A stretch of 64,000 nucleotides of DNA. Source: Ignavibacteriota bacterium. Lineage in GTDB: Bacteria; Bacteroidota; Ignavibacteria; UBA10030; CAVZMI01. The translations under genes and the position numbers were made by a program. The notes beneath the pieces were generated by a model. That model saw only the letters and a list, made by a program, of their open reading frames with translations, searched no databases and had not been told where the DNA came from. Shown here one piece after another: positions 31,980 through 43,495 of this stretch. The number at the start of each line of letters is the position of its first letter. Positions within the stretch are counted from its first letter, which is position 1. The DNA is taken from assembly GCA_963776275.1 (NCBI GenBank), contig CAVZMI010000014.1, positions 96,001-160,000 of the forward strand, read 5' to 3'.

Positions 31980-33837
31980 ATGAAAAAAAGTCTAAAACTG
32001 GGATTTGTTTTTTTCTTCCTTTCGCTTTTACCAATGTCTGCACAACGACTGCAAAGCGATAATGGAGATGGGACTTATACCAATCCGGTTATTTATTCTG
32101 ATTTTCCGGATCCCGATGTAATCCGTGTAGATTCTATCTATTATATGGTTTCAACGACCATGTTTATTTTTCCCGGAGTAACCATACTCAAATCGTACGA
32201 CCTGGTAAACTGGGAATATTGCAGCAATGCAGTACAGCGGATGGATTTCAGTCCATGCTACAATCTCGATGGCTGCAACAGGTATTCGCATGGGCAATGG
32301 GCAACCAGTTTAAAGTATCATAATGGTAAATATTATTTATTATTCATAACACTTGATGAAGGTGGATTTCTCTGTACTGCAACAAAACCTGAAGGGCCCT
32401 GGGAAATAAAGAAATTGCCCAGAGGATTTTATGATCCCGGTTTGTTTTTTGACGATGACGGAAAAATATATGTGGCACATGGATATAGTACATATTAATA
32501 TTACTGAACTGGATACAAATTTTGCAGCGAAAGGCAATGATGTCTTGGTTTTTACCGGCGATATCCGGTCCGGACTTGAAGGTACCCATGTATATAAAAT
32601 TAATGGTTACTACTATTTATATTGCACATATGGAGGCGGAGACGGATTTCAGGTAGCTCTGCGTTCAAAAAATATCTATGGCCCTTATGAAGAAAAGATT
32701 GTTATTAGAGACAACGGAAATTTGGGTACAGGTATTCATCAGGGGGCGCTCGTAGAAACACAAACAGGTGAATGGTGGTCGGTTATTTTTCAGGATGGAG
32801 GTGCGTTTGGACGTTTTCCCACTTTACAACCTGTAACATGGCAGGATGATTGGCCAATGGTCGGCGTTAATGGAAAAGGTGTTGTAACATATAAAAAGCC
32901 AAATGTGGGGAAGGAGTATCCGATTACAATATTGCCCACTTCTGATGAATTTGACAGTACCAGCCTTAGGCATGCAGTGGGGATGGAACCATAATCCGGA
33001 TTCAACCAAATGGTCGCTGACGCAGAATCCCGGGTACTTAAGACTTACAACAGCCAAAGTTGTATCTAATTTGCGTGATGCCCGCAATACCCTTACGCAA
33101 AGAATTTTTGCCTATTATTCGAGATCTGTTGCTAACAACTGCTACTGTTAAAATTAATGTTGATAATATGCAAGATGGCGATGTGGCAGGACTTGCAGTT
33201 TTTCAAAATCCATATGCATTTATTGGGATTAAAAAAATGAATGGCCTCAAATATGTTGTAATGGTAAACAATGGAAATACTATTGATTCTGCCTTCATAG
33301 ATACCTCAACAGTATATTTAAGAGCATATGCTTATTATGGCACAAGCCGGGCTTCTTTCGCATATAGTCTCGATAATCAATCATTCACAAAACTCGGCAA
33401 TGAACTCGTCGATGCAATTCAGTCTTTCTATTTTTACCGGGAATAAATTTTGCCTTTTTAATTATGCAACAATAACTACAGGCGGATTTGTCGATTTTGA
33501 CTGGTTTAGAACAGGTATGCCTACACGAACCGAAGTTGCCCCTGAAGAAGGTCTTCCATCGAACGATATGCCCCATAACTTTTTTTTAGGACAGAATTAT
33601 CCGAATCCCTTCAATCCCACAACGGCAATTCAATTTTCGATTCCGAAGAGCTCATTTGTGACATTACAGCTGGCCGACGTCCTTGGAAAGGAAATCCGCG
33701 TATTGATATCAGAACAACTACAGGCGGGTAAATACCGCATTAACTGGAACGCAGAGGATTTGCCAAGCGGAGTGTATTTTTATCGTTTAAAAGTCGGAAA
33801 TTTTATGAATACGAAGAAAACGGTGCTCTTGAAGTGA
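31980..33837 (+). CDS. GH43 beta-xylosidase + C2 domain + T9SS CTD, split by about four frameshifts
   Basis: Consecutive fragments NPVIYSDFPDPD, SYDLVNWE, YDPGLFFDDDG, EGTHVYKING, HQGALV, QWGWNHNP, NTLTQR, FTGNKF..VDFDWF, CTD across ORFs 31953, 32431, 32903, 33060 and 33328. Confidence 0.8.
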
Positions 33838-34383
33838 TGTTCCGTCATCAAGAACCATTGCCAGGAGCTGGCGCGGGTGATATGATTGCTGATTCTGTTT
33901 TTAGGGCCGCGCACAGTTCTAATAGTAAGGCCTACAGAATTCAATCCAGAAATTCCGAGTGCAACTTACTTTGAAAGTGAGTCGCACTTGTTTTTGTATC
34001 TGGTGTTATTTAAATTATGCATTAATTACGGCTTGTTATGGCGAATGGGGATTTTATTATTACGGGAAGATGAATGTCTGTAGATCTCTTGAAAGGTGAA
34101 AAGTCATAATTATTCAGGCGGAGTCGGGTCTCGTGGGCGGTAGGAAGTTATATGCAATCTTGATAATCATGGTTTTGGTAATCGTCTTTCTGCGCAGCCG
34201 GGTATGGAACTGGGGACCTCTGGATGCCATATACAATTATACGGTCGATAATAGGAAGTTCTAAACCTTTTGCCGGCTTCTCCGATGTCCGCCGTTGTGC
34301 GGGATTCCGTGCTATTACCGGATGCAGAATCTTCTGCTACGGGTGTCTCACTGGATATCTTAAACACTAAAACTTATAATCAA

Positions 34384-36327
34384 ATGAATTCAAAAGTTAA
34401 TTGTGGCAAGCTGATTTTTATTCTCTTATTTTTCTTGTCTGTCTCAACTTTTAGCCAGGTGAGACTTCCCCGACTAATAAGTGATGGCATGGTATTGCAG
34501 CGCGATGCTAAAGTAAAAATTTGGGGTTGGTCCGCTAAGAACGAAAAAATTTCAATTCATTTTATTGATTCGACATACAACACGACAGCAAATAGTGACG
34601 GGGAATGGAATTTGATACTTGCAAGAATAAAAGCCGGCGGCCCGTATCAAATGCAAATAAATGCCAGTAATGTCATCATAATTAACGACATTATGATCGG
34701 CGACGTGTGGGTGTGTTCAGGACAATCCAATATGGAATTGCCGATGAAAAGGGTAAGCCCGATTTATCAAAGCGAGATCGCAAACTCGGAAAACAAGTAT
34801 ATCAGACAGTTTTTTGTTCCACAAGTATACGACTTCAATGAATCACGAAAAGACTTACATTACGGCAGCTGGATAGCGGTAGATCCTCAAAACATTCTGA
34901 ATTTTTCGGCAGTCGCCTACTTTTTTGGGAAAGAAATTTATGATAAATATAAAGTTCCTGTGGGTTTAATCAATGCCAGCCTGGGAGGTTCTCCGGCAGA
35001 AGCATGGATCAGTGAAGAGTCTTTAAAGTCGTTTCCTGCATATTATGCTGAGGCACAACTATTTAAGAATGACACACTGATAAAACAAATAGAGGAGCGG
35101 GATAACACGAGAATCCAGGCGTGGTACAGCCTGTTGAGGCAAAAGGATGAAGGTTATCGAAATCCGCAAAAACCGTGGTATGATCCGGATCTGAATACAT
35201 CCGATTGGGCGACCATGAAAATTCCCGGATACTGGTCGGATACTAAACTTGGGATGGTAAATGGTGTTGTATGGTTTAGAAAAAAGGTAAATGTCCCTTC
35301 CACATTAGCCGGAAAAGAGGCAAAACTGATTCTAGGAAGAATCGTGGATGCAGATTCTGTTTTTATTAACGGCGTTTTTGTCGGAACGACAAGTTATCAG
35401 TATCCCCCCAGACGATATGAAATCCCGTCAAAATTATTAAAGGAAGGTGAAAATACCATCGTTGTCCGTGTCATTAGTAATGCGGAGAGAGGCGGGTTTG
35501 TGTTGGATAAGCCATATGAAATAGTGGTCGGGAATGTGTCTATTGACCTGAAAGGCGACTGGTACTATCACCTCGGAGCCGCAATGGAGCCGTTAGCAAG
35601 TCAGACCTTCATACGATGGAAGCCGTCGGGTTTATATAACGCGATGATTGCTCCGCTATTAAATTATGGAATTAAAGGTGTAGTTTGGTATCAAGGTGAA
35701 GCTAACGCAGATAGACCCGTTGAATACAGAGAACTTTTTGCTACGCTTATTCGGGACTGGAGAAAAAATTGGAATCAGGGTGATTTTCCTTTTTTGTTTG
35801 CACAACTGCATAATTTTATGGAAACGAAAAGCGAGCCCTCCGAAAGTAATTGGGCATTATTGAGAGAAGCTCAACTTAAAACATTATCGTTACCAAATAC
35901 CGGAATGGCTGTTACTATTGACATTGGAGAATGGAATGATATACACCCTTTGAATAAAAAAGAGGTAGGGAAAAGACTTGCACTCGCTGCTCAAAGAGTG
36001 GCCTATGGTAATAAAAAGGTAATTTACTCGGGTCCGATTTATGAATCCATGAAAATTAAGGGGAAAAGAGTAACATTATCATTTAAGAACATTGGCAGTG
36101 GCCTGGTTGCAAGGGGAGGCGGAGAGCTAAAGTATTTTGCAATAGCTGGAGCTAATAAGCAATTTGTTTGGGCAAAAGCTAAAATTCAAAAGAATAAAAT
36201 TGTAGTATGGAATGATAAAATTTCAGATCCTGTAGCCGTTAGATACGCGTGGGCAGATAATCCTGAAGGGGCAAATTTGTATAACAAAGAAGGCTTGCCC
36301 GCATCTCCCTTCAGAACCGATGAATAA
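34384..36327 (+). CDS. SASA-type (sialate O-acetylesterase/CE20-like) carbohydrate acetylesterase with inserted beta-sandwich
   Basis: SDGMVLQR, GDVWVCSGQSNM, GGSPAEAW, WYQGEAN, LREAQ, DIHPLNK, VRYAWADNP. ATG 34384 gives a signal peptide. Confidence 0.88.
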   Translation: MNSKVNCGKLIFILLFFLSVSTFSQVRLPRLISDGMVLQRDAKVKIWGWSAKNEKISIHFIDSTYNTTANSDGEWNLILARIKAGGPYQMQINASNVIIINDIMIGDVWVCSGQSNMELPMKRVSPIYQSEIANSENKYIRQFFVPQVYDFNESRKDLHYGSWIAVDPQNILNFSAVAYFFGKEIYDKYKVPVGLINASLGGSPAEAWISEESLKSFPAYYAEAQLFKNDTLIKQIEERDNTRIQAWYSLLRQKDEGYRNPQKPWYDPDLNTSDWATMKIPGYWSDTKLGMVNGVVWFRKKVNVPSTLAGKEAKLILGRIVDADSVFINGVFVGTTSYQYPPRRYEIPSKLLKEGENTIVVRVISNAERGGFVLDKPYEIVVGNVSIDLKGDWYYHLGAAMEPLASQTFIRWKPSGLYNAMIAPLLNYGIKGVVWYQGEANADRPVEYRELFATLIRDWRKNWNQGDFPFLFAQLHNFMETKSEPSESNWALLREAQLKTLSLPNTGMAVTIDIGEWNDIHPLNKKEVGKRLALAAQRVAYGNKKVIYSGPIYESMKIKGKRVTLSFKNIGSGLVARGGGELKYFAIAGANKQFVWAKAKIQKNKIVVWNDKISDPVAVRYAWADNPEGANLYNKEGLPASPFRTDE

Positions 36328-36519
36328 AAACATCAAGTGATGTCTTGGTAACAGAGATTTAGGTAGCAGTCTTTAGTTAGTTTTCTGTTTTAACTCCGAT
36401 CTGCCCATAAAGCCAGAGGAGTACCGGAGGTGAACAGAAGGTGGATATGCTGTAAAAGAATTTTATGATTTTCTATGCACGATTAATTTTGCATCAATAA
36501 GAATTATCTAAAAGGTATT

Positions 36520-37830
36520 ATGAAAAAGATTTCTTATTCTTTATACATTGCAGTAATTCTAGAATTCAATGTAGTGTGCTACTCGCAAAACGTTGTTTCG
36601 CCGTACGAAGTCGGCACATGGTTGGGATTTCGAGATGCAGCTATAAGCTACACTTTTGATGATAATTGCTCCAATCAGCTGGCTTTAGCTGTACCCATGT
36701 TTAATAACTATGGGTTTAAACTGACCCTTTTTACCGTCACAAATTGGTCACCCAATTGGACTGGCCTCAGAAGTGCCGCTTCACAGGGCCATGAGATTGC
36801 CAATCATACCGTATCGCACGCGAACTTTGGTACGCTGACAATAGACCAACAAAAAGCGGAAATTTCGAATGCTTCGAACTTGATAAACTCAAACGTAACC
36901 GATCAGAAATGCATCACTTTTGCCTATCCGTATTGTGCTGAGGGAAAAGATTCACTTTGTGCACTGTATTTTGTAGCCGCAAGAGGTTGCCAGGGATTTA
37001 TTGAACCAAGCACACCCGGTAATTTTATGAATGTAAGCTCGATCATATGCGGAAACCTGGGATCAGTAAAAACAGAACAAGATTTTAAGACCAAAGCAGA
37101 CAATGTCGCTTCCTCAAAAGGCTGGTTGGTTTATTTAATTCATGGTATTGATAACGACGGCGGTTATTCACCCCTGCCGTCGGTCACACTGGCGGCAAGC
37201 CTTGAGTATTTGAATACCAATAAGGAAAAATTTTGGGTTTCTACCTTTGGGAATGTTGCCCGCTACATTAAAGAACGAAATTGTTTATCGGTAACAGAAA
37301 CGTCCTACCAGGACAGCAGCATTACGGTGCAGGTTGCCGACACGCTAGATAATGAATTATATAATGTTCCGGTAACCGTACGCAGGCCGCTTCCGGAAAA
37401 TTGGTCATCGGCAATCGCGACGCAAAATGGACTGCCAATTAATGCTTCAATCGTAGACATTGATTCAATCATATATGTAATGTTCGATGCTATACCTGAT
37501 GCAGGCGAGATTGAACTTGCAAAAACCAGTGCGACAGGCATTAAGACATCACGGGGATCTTCGCCTGTAAACTTCACCCTAGATCAGAACTATCCGAATC
37601 CGTTTAACCCTACAACTCAGATCAACTACTCGGTTCCGAAAAGCGGTTACGTGTCGCTGAAAGTATTTAATCTTCTTGGAGAGGAAGTGGCGACACTGTT
37701 TGCGGGCATACGGCACCCTGGAAAATACATCGCCACTTTTGACGGTGCCGGATTTGTAAGCGGCGTTTACTTATACCGACTACAGGCCGGAAATGTCTCT
37801 ATCGCCAGGAGATTGGTTCTTATAAAGTAA
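36520..37830 (+). CDS. CE4 polysaccharide deacetylase/acetylxylan-esterase-like protein with T9SS CTD
   Basis: SYTFDD, GHEIANHTVSH, FAYPY, YLIHG; CTD. Confidence 0.85.
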   Translation: MKKISYSLYIAVILEFNVVCYSQNVVSPYEVGTWLGFRDAAISYTFDDNCSNQLALAVPMFNNYGFKLTLFTVTNWSPNWTGLRSAASQGHEIANHTVSHANFGTLTIDQQKAEISNASNLINSNVTDQKCITFAYPYCAEGKDSLCALYFVAARGCQGFIEPSTPGNFMNVSSIICGNLGSVKTEQDFKTKADNVASSKGWLVYLIHGIDNDGGYSPLPSVTLAASLEYLNTNKEKFWVSTFGNVARYIKERNCLSVTETSYQDSSITVQVADTLDNELYNVPVTVRRPLPENWSSAIATQNGLPINASIVDIDSIIYVMFDAIPDAGEIELAKTSATGIKTSRGSSPVNFTLDQNYPNPFNPTTQINYSVPKSGYVSLKVFNLLGEEVATLFAGIRHPGKYIATFDGAGFVSGVYLYRLQAGNVSIARRLVLIK

Positions 37831-38037
37831 GGCTTCTTCCCGGACAGCACGAATCTCTTCTTCCAACGGACAATGGATCTATTCGAAACAGGATACTAAA
37901 ACATCATCACGCACTTTTTTCATCAATTGTCTTGCAGTTTTTACCGGATTGTCTTACTTTCTTATTATATCAACCTCCCGATTGCCGGAGTACTTGCGAG
38001 TCAATGTATTAATAAATTTAAAAACAGCGAGGGTCGT

Positions 38038-39537
38038 ATGAGTAATGGGATTCAGAAACTTCCACTGAGAGAAAAAATAGGTTATGGATTTGGCGATTTA
38101 GCGTCCTGTCTGTTCTGGGCGACGATCATGTCACAATTGCTTTTCTTTTATACTGATGTATTTGGTCTGACAGGGAAAGCCGCGGGGTTGATGTTTTTTG
38201 TTTCCAGGATACTCGATGCTTTATTTGACGTGGTCATTGGCATGACAGCCGACCGGACTAAAAGCCGGTGGGGTAAATTCAGGCCATATATACTTTGGGG
38301 GGCTGTCCCGTTGGCTGTGGCCGCAGTTCTGGCTTTCACGACACCCGATTTTGGAGATACCGGGAAACTGATATATGCCTATGCCACATTCATCGTTTTT
38401 ATGTTTCTCTATTCCACGGTCAACATTCCGTATACAGCGTTGCTGGGCGTGATAAGCGGCGACCCGGTGGAGAGAACGAGTGCCTCATCTTTTAAATTTG
38501 TAGGTGCATATTTAGGCGGTTTTATTGTTTCCGCTACAGTTCTGCCGTTTGCCGCGCATTTTGGTCAGGATAATGCCGCTAAAGGATGGCAGATGACGAT
38601 GGGCATCTATGGTATAGCGGCTATTGTTTTCTTTTTAATAACGTTCCTTTCAACGCGCGAACGTATTCAACCTATTGCCAAAGAAAAAACATCGATAAGG
38701 GACGACTTGAAGGACTTGTCAAAGAACGTACCCTGGATGTTGTTATTCGTCGTAACGATTCTATTTATCCTGTTTGTCTGCATCCGTATGAGCGTGACCA
38801 CACACTATTTCAAGTATTATGTCGGAGAACAGGCCAGTCCGTTAGTTGCCCAAATTTATAATTTCCTGTTGAAATATATCATTAATCCGTTGTGCGGCAT
38901 TTTCGGATGGCAGCAGAACATTCTGCTCGACGAAACTCATAAATTTGGCTATGAAGTGCTCGCGTCTATTTTTAATACGCTCGGACAGGGAACATCTCTT
39001 ATCGGTGTCCTTCTGGTTCCCTGGTTTGCCAAGCTTCTTGGAAGGAAGAATGCGGTGATAGTTCTCTTTATTGCCGCGATGATTTTCACCGGCTCATTTT
39101 ATTTCTTCAAACCGGAAAACTTAGTGCTGATTTTTGTTTTCCAACTTTTCGGATCATTGACGGGGGGACCGATTTCCGCGCTTTTGTGGGTTCTGTATGC
39201 CGATACGGCCGACTATTCCGAATGGAAGACAGGCAGAAGGGCCACGGGACTTGTTTTTTCGGCTTCAATAATGTCGAACAAGATTGGATGGGCTGTCGGG
39301 AGCATGATCGCAGCCTTAATCCTGGATAAGACCGGATTTATTGCCAATGTGGTACAAAACATAGATGTCCTGGATGGTTTGAAGGCGATGATGAGCGTAA
39401 TCCCGGTTGCGATTGGAGTGGTTGCCTTAATCATTCTGGCTTTCTTTTATAAATTAGATGAACCGACAATGAAAAAAGTTAAGATGGATCTAGAGTCGAG
39501 ACGACAAGAGAGTGGAGAAAAAGCTGCAACTGCATGA
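38038..39537 (+). CDS. GPH-family (MelB-like MFS) oligosaccharide:cation symporter
   Basis: EKIGYGFGD, FYTDVFG, DRTKSRWGKFRPY, NIPYTAL, ADTADYSEWKTGRR; many hydrophobic helices. Confidence 0.92.
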   Translation: MSNGIQKLPLREKIGYGFGDLASCLFWATIMSQLLFFYTDVFGLTGKAAGLMFFVSRILDALFDVVIGMTADRTKSRWGKFRPYILWGAVPLAVAAVLAFTTPDFGDTGKLIYAYATFIVFMFLYSTVNIPYTALLGVISGDPVERTSASSFKFVGAYLGGFIVSATVLPFAAHFGQDNAAKGWQMTMGIYGIAAIVFFLITFLSTRERIQPIAKEKTSIRDDLKDLSKNVPWMLLFVVTILFILFVCIRMSVTTHYFKYYVGEQASPLVAQIYNFLLKYIINPLCGIFGWQQNILLDETHKFGYEVLASIFNTLGQGTSLIGVLLVPWFAKLLGRKNAVIVLFIAAMIFTGSFYFFKPENLVLIFVFQLFGSLTGGPISALLWVLYADTADYSEWKTGRRATGLVFSASIMSNKIGWAVGSMIAALILDKTGFIANVVQNIDVLDGLKAMMSVIPVAIGVVALIILAFFYKLDEPTMKKVKMDLESRRQESGEKAATA

Positions 39538-39630
39538 TCCATCAAAAAATAGACCAAAATAATAATTCAAGTGCGGGGGGAAAGTACCACGCATCAATCG
39601 TTAATATTGACAGGGTAATAGGATTCACAT

Positions 39631-40623
39631 ATGAAAAAAACAATAATCGGAAACGCGTTACCAAATATTCCGTGGGAAGAAAAACCGAAAGGAAGTACCG
39701 ATGTCCTCTGGAGATACAGCCGGAATCCAATAATCGATTGGAATCCGATACCTAAAGCTGCGCGTATTTTTAATAGTGCTGTATTGCCGTGCAACGGCGA
39801 ATTTGTCGGAGTGTTCAGGGCAGATCAAAAAAACGGACGGGCAACATTGTTCTCAGGAAAAAGTAAAGATGGACTTGCATGGGAAATCGGGCCGGATCCA
39901 ATCCAATGGGTAAATGAGAAAGGGAATCCGAATCCGACAAGTTACGCCTACGATCCAAGGTTGGTACAGATCGATGAGACTTTCTATATCGTCTGGTGTG
40001 ACGACATGCACGGCGCGTCGATTGGTTTAGGTAGAACCAAAGATTTTAAAACATTTATCCGTATGCCAAACCCGTTAATGCCCTTCAACAGAAACGGCGT
40101 CCTTTTCCCGAGAAAAGTCAACGGCAAATATTTATTGCTCAGCCGGCCCAGCGACAGCGGACATACGCCATTCGGTGATATTTTTTTAAGTGAGAGTCCT
40201 GATCTCATCCATTGGGGCAACCATAAGTTTGTAATGGGTAGAGGCGGACAGGGCTGGTGGCAAGGAACAAAAATAGGAGCCGGACCAATTCCGATTGAAA
40301 CTACAGAAGGATGGTTATTATTCTATCACGGTGTTTCGTTTACCTGCAACGGTTTTGTCTATAGTTATGGGGCGGTAATACTGGATATCAATGACCCCAG
40401 TAAGATATTATACAGAACCCGCGATTATCTCCTTACACCGGAAAAGTTATATGAGACGACCGGCTTTGTGCCAAATGTAGTCTTCCCTTGTGCTAACCTG
40501 TACGATGCGGATACCGGGAGAATTGCCGTTTACTATGGTACAGCCGACACCTGTACTGCTGTCGCCTTCACACAGGTAGATGAATTAATTGATTATATCA
40601 AGAAAAATTCGGAAGTATTTTAA
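39631..40623 (+). CDS. GH130 beta-mannoside phosphorylase (GH130_2-like)
   Basis: LPNIPWE..WRYSRNPII, IFNSAV, YAYDPR, NRNGVLFPRK, SRPSDSGHTPFG, KIGAGP, GFVPNVVFP. Confidence 0.9.
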   Translation: MKKTIIGNALPNIPWEEKPKGSTDVLWRYSRNPIIDWNPIPKAARIFNSAVLPCNGEFVGVFRADQKNGRATLFSGKSKDGLAWEIGPDPIQWVNEKGNPNPTSYAYDPRLVQIDETFYIVWCDDMHGASIGLGRTKDFKTFIRMPNPLMPFNRNGVLFPRKVNGKYLLLSRPSDSGHTPFGDIFLSESPDLIHWGNHKFVMGRGGQGWWQGTKIGAGPIPIETTEGWLLFYHGVSFTCNGFVYSYGAVILDINDPSKILYRTRDYLLTPEKLYETTGFVPNVVFPCANLYDADTGRIAVYYGTADTCTAVAFTQVDELIDYIKKNSEVF

Positions 40624-40678
40624 GTCTCATATTTCTGTACGATGATGCTCTCGATAAATCGCTTGGAGGAGTTATAAA

Positions 40679-43069
40679 ATGCAATACGGATATTTTGACG
40701 ACAAAAATAAAGAGTATGTTATTAAAAGGCCCGATACACCAAGGTCCTGGAGTAATTATCTCGGTTCGACAGAATACGGTGCTATCATCACCAATAATGC
40801 AGGCGGATATAGTTTTTATCACTCTGCCGCACAGGGACGGTTTACCCGGCTCCGGTTCAATACTATTCCGATGGATCAGCCGGGCCGCTATCTTTATGTC
40901 CATGATAAAGACAGTAAGGATTTTTGGTCGACTTCCTGGCAGCCTGTAGGAAAATCGCTGAAGGTATATAAATCCGAATGCCGGCATGGTACCGCGTATA
41001 CAAAAATCTTGTCAGAATACTCGAACATAAAAACCGAGACTCTGTACTTCGTACCGTTAAACAAAACCTATGAATGCTGGTTGGTGAAGGTGACAAATAC
41101 AGGCCGGAAAAAAAGGAATTTAAAATTGTTTACATATGTCGAATATGCAAACAATTGGAATATCTATCAGGATCAAATTAACCTCCAGTACTCCCAGTAT
41201 ATTATGAAAATGGGTGTCGTGAAAAAAATGATCGACCACGGCACCAATGTCATGATGCCTTACGGAGAAGAACGAATTGAAGGCGTCGAACAGGCTCGCC
41301 ATTCGTTTTTAGCTGTGAGCGGCGCTCCCGTGAAAGGCTTCGATACAGACCGGAATGTATTCCTCGGGCCCTATCGAACATATGCCGACCCGATTGTAGT
41401 GGAACAAGGACGCTGCAAGAATTCGATAGCCGTTGGCGATAATGCATGCGGCGTCTTGCAGGTCGATATCTCACTTCGACCGGGTGAATCAAAAGAGCTG
41501 GTTGTCCTCATGGGCATCGGGATGGCGGGTATCGAAGGAAAACAGGCGGTGCGAGAGTCGGGGAAACCGGAGAAAGTGCGCAAGGAATTTAACAAGCTAA
41601 AAAGTTTTTGGCATACTCGCCTGAAAGGAATGACCGCCAAAACGCCAGATAAAGAGCTTAACAGCATGCTGAATATGTGGAACCCATACAACTGTCTTAT
41701 CACTTATGCCTGGTCGAGAGCAGCAAGTCTCATTTATACGGGTGAGCGGGACGGCTTGGGATATCGTGATACGGTACAGGATATGCTAGGTGTTCTCCAT
41801 ACAATTCCAGATGAGGTGAAAGAGCGTCTTGAGCTCATGATTACCGGACAGGTCTCTACGGGTGGTGCAATGCCCGTAGTCAAGCCATTTCTACACAAGC
41901 CGGGGAGTGAAAAGGCTCCGGAAGAAAAAGAATATCGTTCGGATGATTGTATGTGGTTGTTCAATACTATACCTGCCTATGTAAAAGAGACCGGCGATAT
42001 CGCATTTTATGACAAAGTTCTGCCGTACGCCGACAAAGGCCAGGATACGGTGGTTGGACATTTAAGACGGGCGATACAATTTAATCTGGATCGTTCGGGA
42101 GCGCACGGCCTGCCCTGCGGTTTATTGGCGGACTGGAACGACTGTCTGGAACTCGGCCATAACGGTGAAACCACATTCGTGGCGTTTCAATTACGATATG
42201 CACTGAAGACCTACATCGAGATTTGTGAAATGCTCAACAAACCCGATGAAGTGCGATGGGCACAGGGTTGTCTCAACAGGTTGGATGAAAATCTTGAGAA
42301 ACATGCATGGGATGGTGAATGGTATCTGCGTGCTTATCGGGCAGACGGTTTGAAATTCGGTTCAAAGGAAAATAGCGAGGCGTCGATTTTCCTGGAACCG
42401 CAACCCTGGGCTATATATAGCGGACATACGTCAAGGGAGCAATCCGAAAAATTAATGGACGTTGTCGATAAACACCTTTCAACGAATTTCGGTCTTATGA
42501 TCTGCGCTCCACCGATCGAAAAAACCGATCCACGAGTAATCAAGGCGAGGTTGTTCAACAAGGGAATGAAGGAGAATGCCTCAGTTTTCTGTCATACCCA
42601 GGGTTGGGCAGTTATAGCTAAAACGCTCATAGGCAGAGGGAAACAGGCTTATGATCTTTATCGAAAATTCATGCCTGCGGCATATAACACAAAAGCAGAA
42701 ATTCGCCAGATCGAACCGTATGTGTATAACCAGTTTACCAACAGCAAATACAATACGCGGTACGGTGCTTCTCGCCTCCCGTGGTTGAGTGGGAGTGCGT
42801 CGTGGGCATATTATACTGTTACACAATATATCCTCGGTATTCAACCGGATTACTCCGGCTTGCGCATCGATCCTTGTATACCGCCTCAATGGAAAGAGAT
42901 TCAGATAACAAGAAGATACAGGAAGAAAAACTTCAACATCAAAATTGAAAATAGGAACGGCGCTCAAAAAGGTGTAAAGAAACTGATCGTCAACAGTGAA
43001 GAAATAAACGGCAATCTTATTCCTTTGGATTTAATGAAAGAAGATAACGAAGTCCTTGTTGTGATGTAA
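40679..43069 (+). CDS. GH94 glycoside phosphorylase (cellobiose/chitobiose phosphorylase-like)
   Basis: MQYGYFDD..EYVI.RPDTP..W.NYLG, GLGYRDTVQD, RSDD, ADWNDCL, WDGEWYLRA, KENASVFCH, EPYVY.QF, WLSGSASW. Confidence 0.92.
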   Translation: MQYGYFDDKNKEYVIKRPDTPRSWSNYLGSTEYGAIITNNAGGYSFYHSAAQGRFTRLRFNTIPMDQPGRYLYVHDKDSKDFWSTSWQPVGKSLKVYKSECRHGTAYTKILSEYSNIKTETLYFVPLNKTYECWLVKVTNTGRKKRNLKLFTYVEYANNWNIYQDQINLQYSQYIMKMGVVKKMIDHGTNVMMPYGEERIEGVEQARHSFLAVSGAPVKGFDTDRNVFLGPYRTYADPIVVEQGRCKNSIAVGDNACGVLQVDISLRPGESKELVVLMGIGMAGIEGKQAVRESGKPEKVRKEFNKLKSFWHTRLKGMTAKTPDKELNSMLNMWNPYNCLITYAWSRAASLIYTGERDGLGYRDTVQDMLGVLHTIPDEVKERLELMITGQVSTGGAMPVVKPFLHKPGSEKAPEEKEYRSDDCMWLFNTIPAYVKETGDIAFYDKVLPYADKGQDTVVGHLRRAIQFNLDRSGAHGLPCGLLADWNDCLELGHNGETTFVAFQLRYALKTYIEICEMLNKPDEVRWAQGCLNRLDENLEKHAWDGEWYLRAYRADGLKFGSKENSEASIFLEPQPWAIYSGHTSREQSEKLMDVVDKHLSTNFGLMICAPPIEKTDPRVIKARLFNKGMKENASVFCHTQGWAVIAKTLIGRGKQAYDLYRKFMPAAYNTKAEIRQIEPYVYNQFTNSKYNTRYGASRLPWLSGSASWAYYTVTQYILGIQPDYSGLRIDPCIPPQWKEIQITRRYRKKNFNIKIENRNGAQKGVKKLIVNSEEINGNLIPLDLMKEDNEVLVVM

Positions 43070-43080
43070 TTGTGAGTTGT

Positions 43081-43495
43081 CCTCCTCCGGCGGGCTCAGG
43101 GCAAGTATCGAGGCCGCGTTGCTGGAATTATTATTTCTTTATAGTTACCTCGATACGTACCAATCCACTCAATTAAAGTGGTGCTTTGCTGACGCGGATT
43201 GGTACTACTCGGTAACCTGGCCCTTTATTTCTGATCTAGGTATAAACAACCAGGTGGCCGAGTTAGAACGCCATTTCAACAACCATATCGAGGCCACTGG
43301 TTAATAAATAAAAATCGAAAATTATTACAATTGATAAATTTTATTTGAGAATCGTTCACCTCGGCTAGCTTTCAAGGTAGCTGTTCGAATCCGCGGTTTA
43401 GTTGTTCGATAGACTCATGATGAGTAAGCTCACCGCGAGTTCGGGGAACTGGATATCGTATAAAACAAGAGGATCAACAGCCAGATGGCCGAACG
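43081..43495 (+). repeat. Cluster of REP-like palindromic elements; homologous to 63659-63943
   Basis: actcggtaacctgg...aacaaccaggtggccgag...catatcgaggccac matches the reverse complement of the 63.7 kb repeats. Confidence 0.65.

Noticed and set aside
31980-33837. Programmed frameshifting or phase variation
   Set aside because: The shifts lack consistent slippery or long repeat tracts, and similar shifts occur across unrelated genes, which fits sequence error or simple decay.
33886-34367. Short ORFs and the long N-terminal extension of the esterase (from 34270)
   Set aside because: No motifs; ATG 34384 gives a normal signal peptide.
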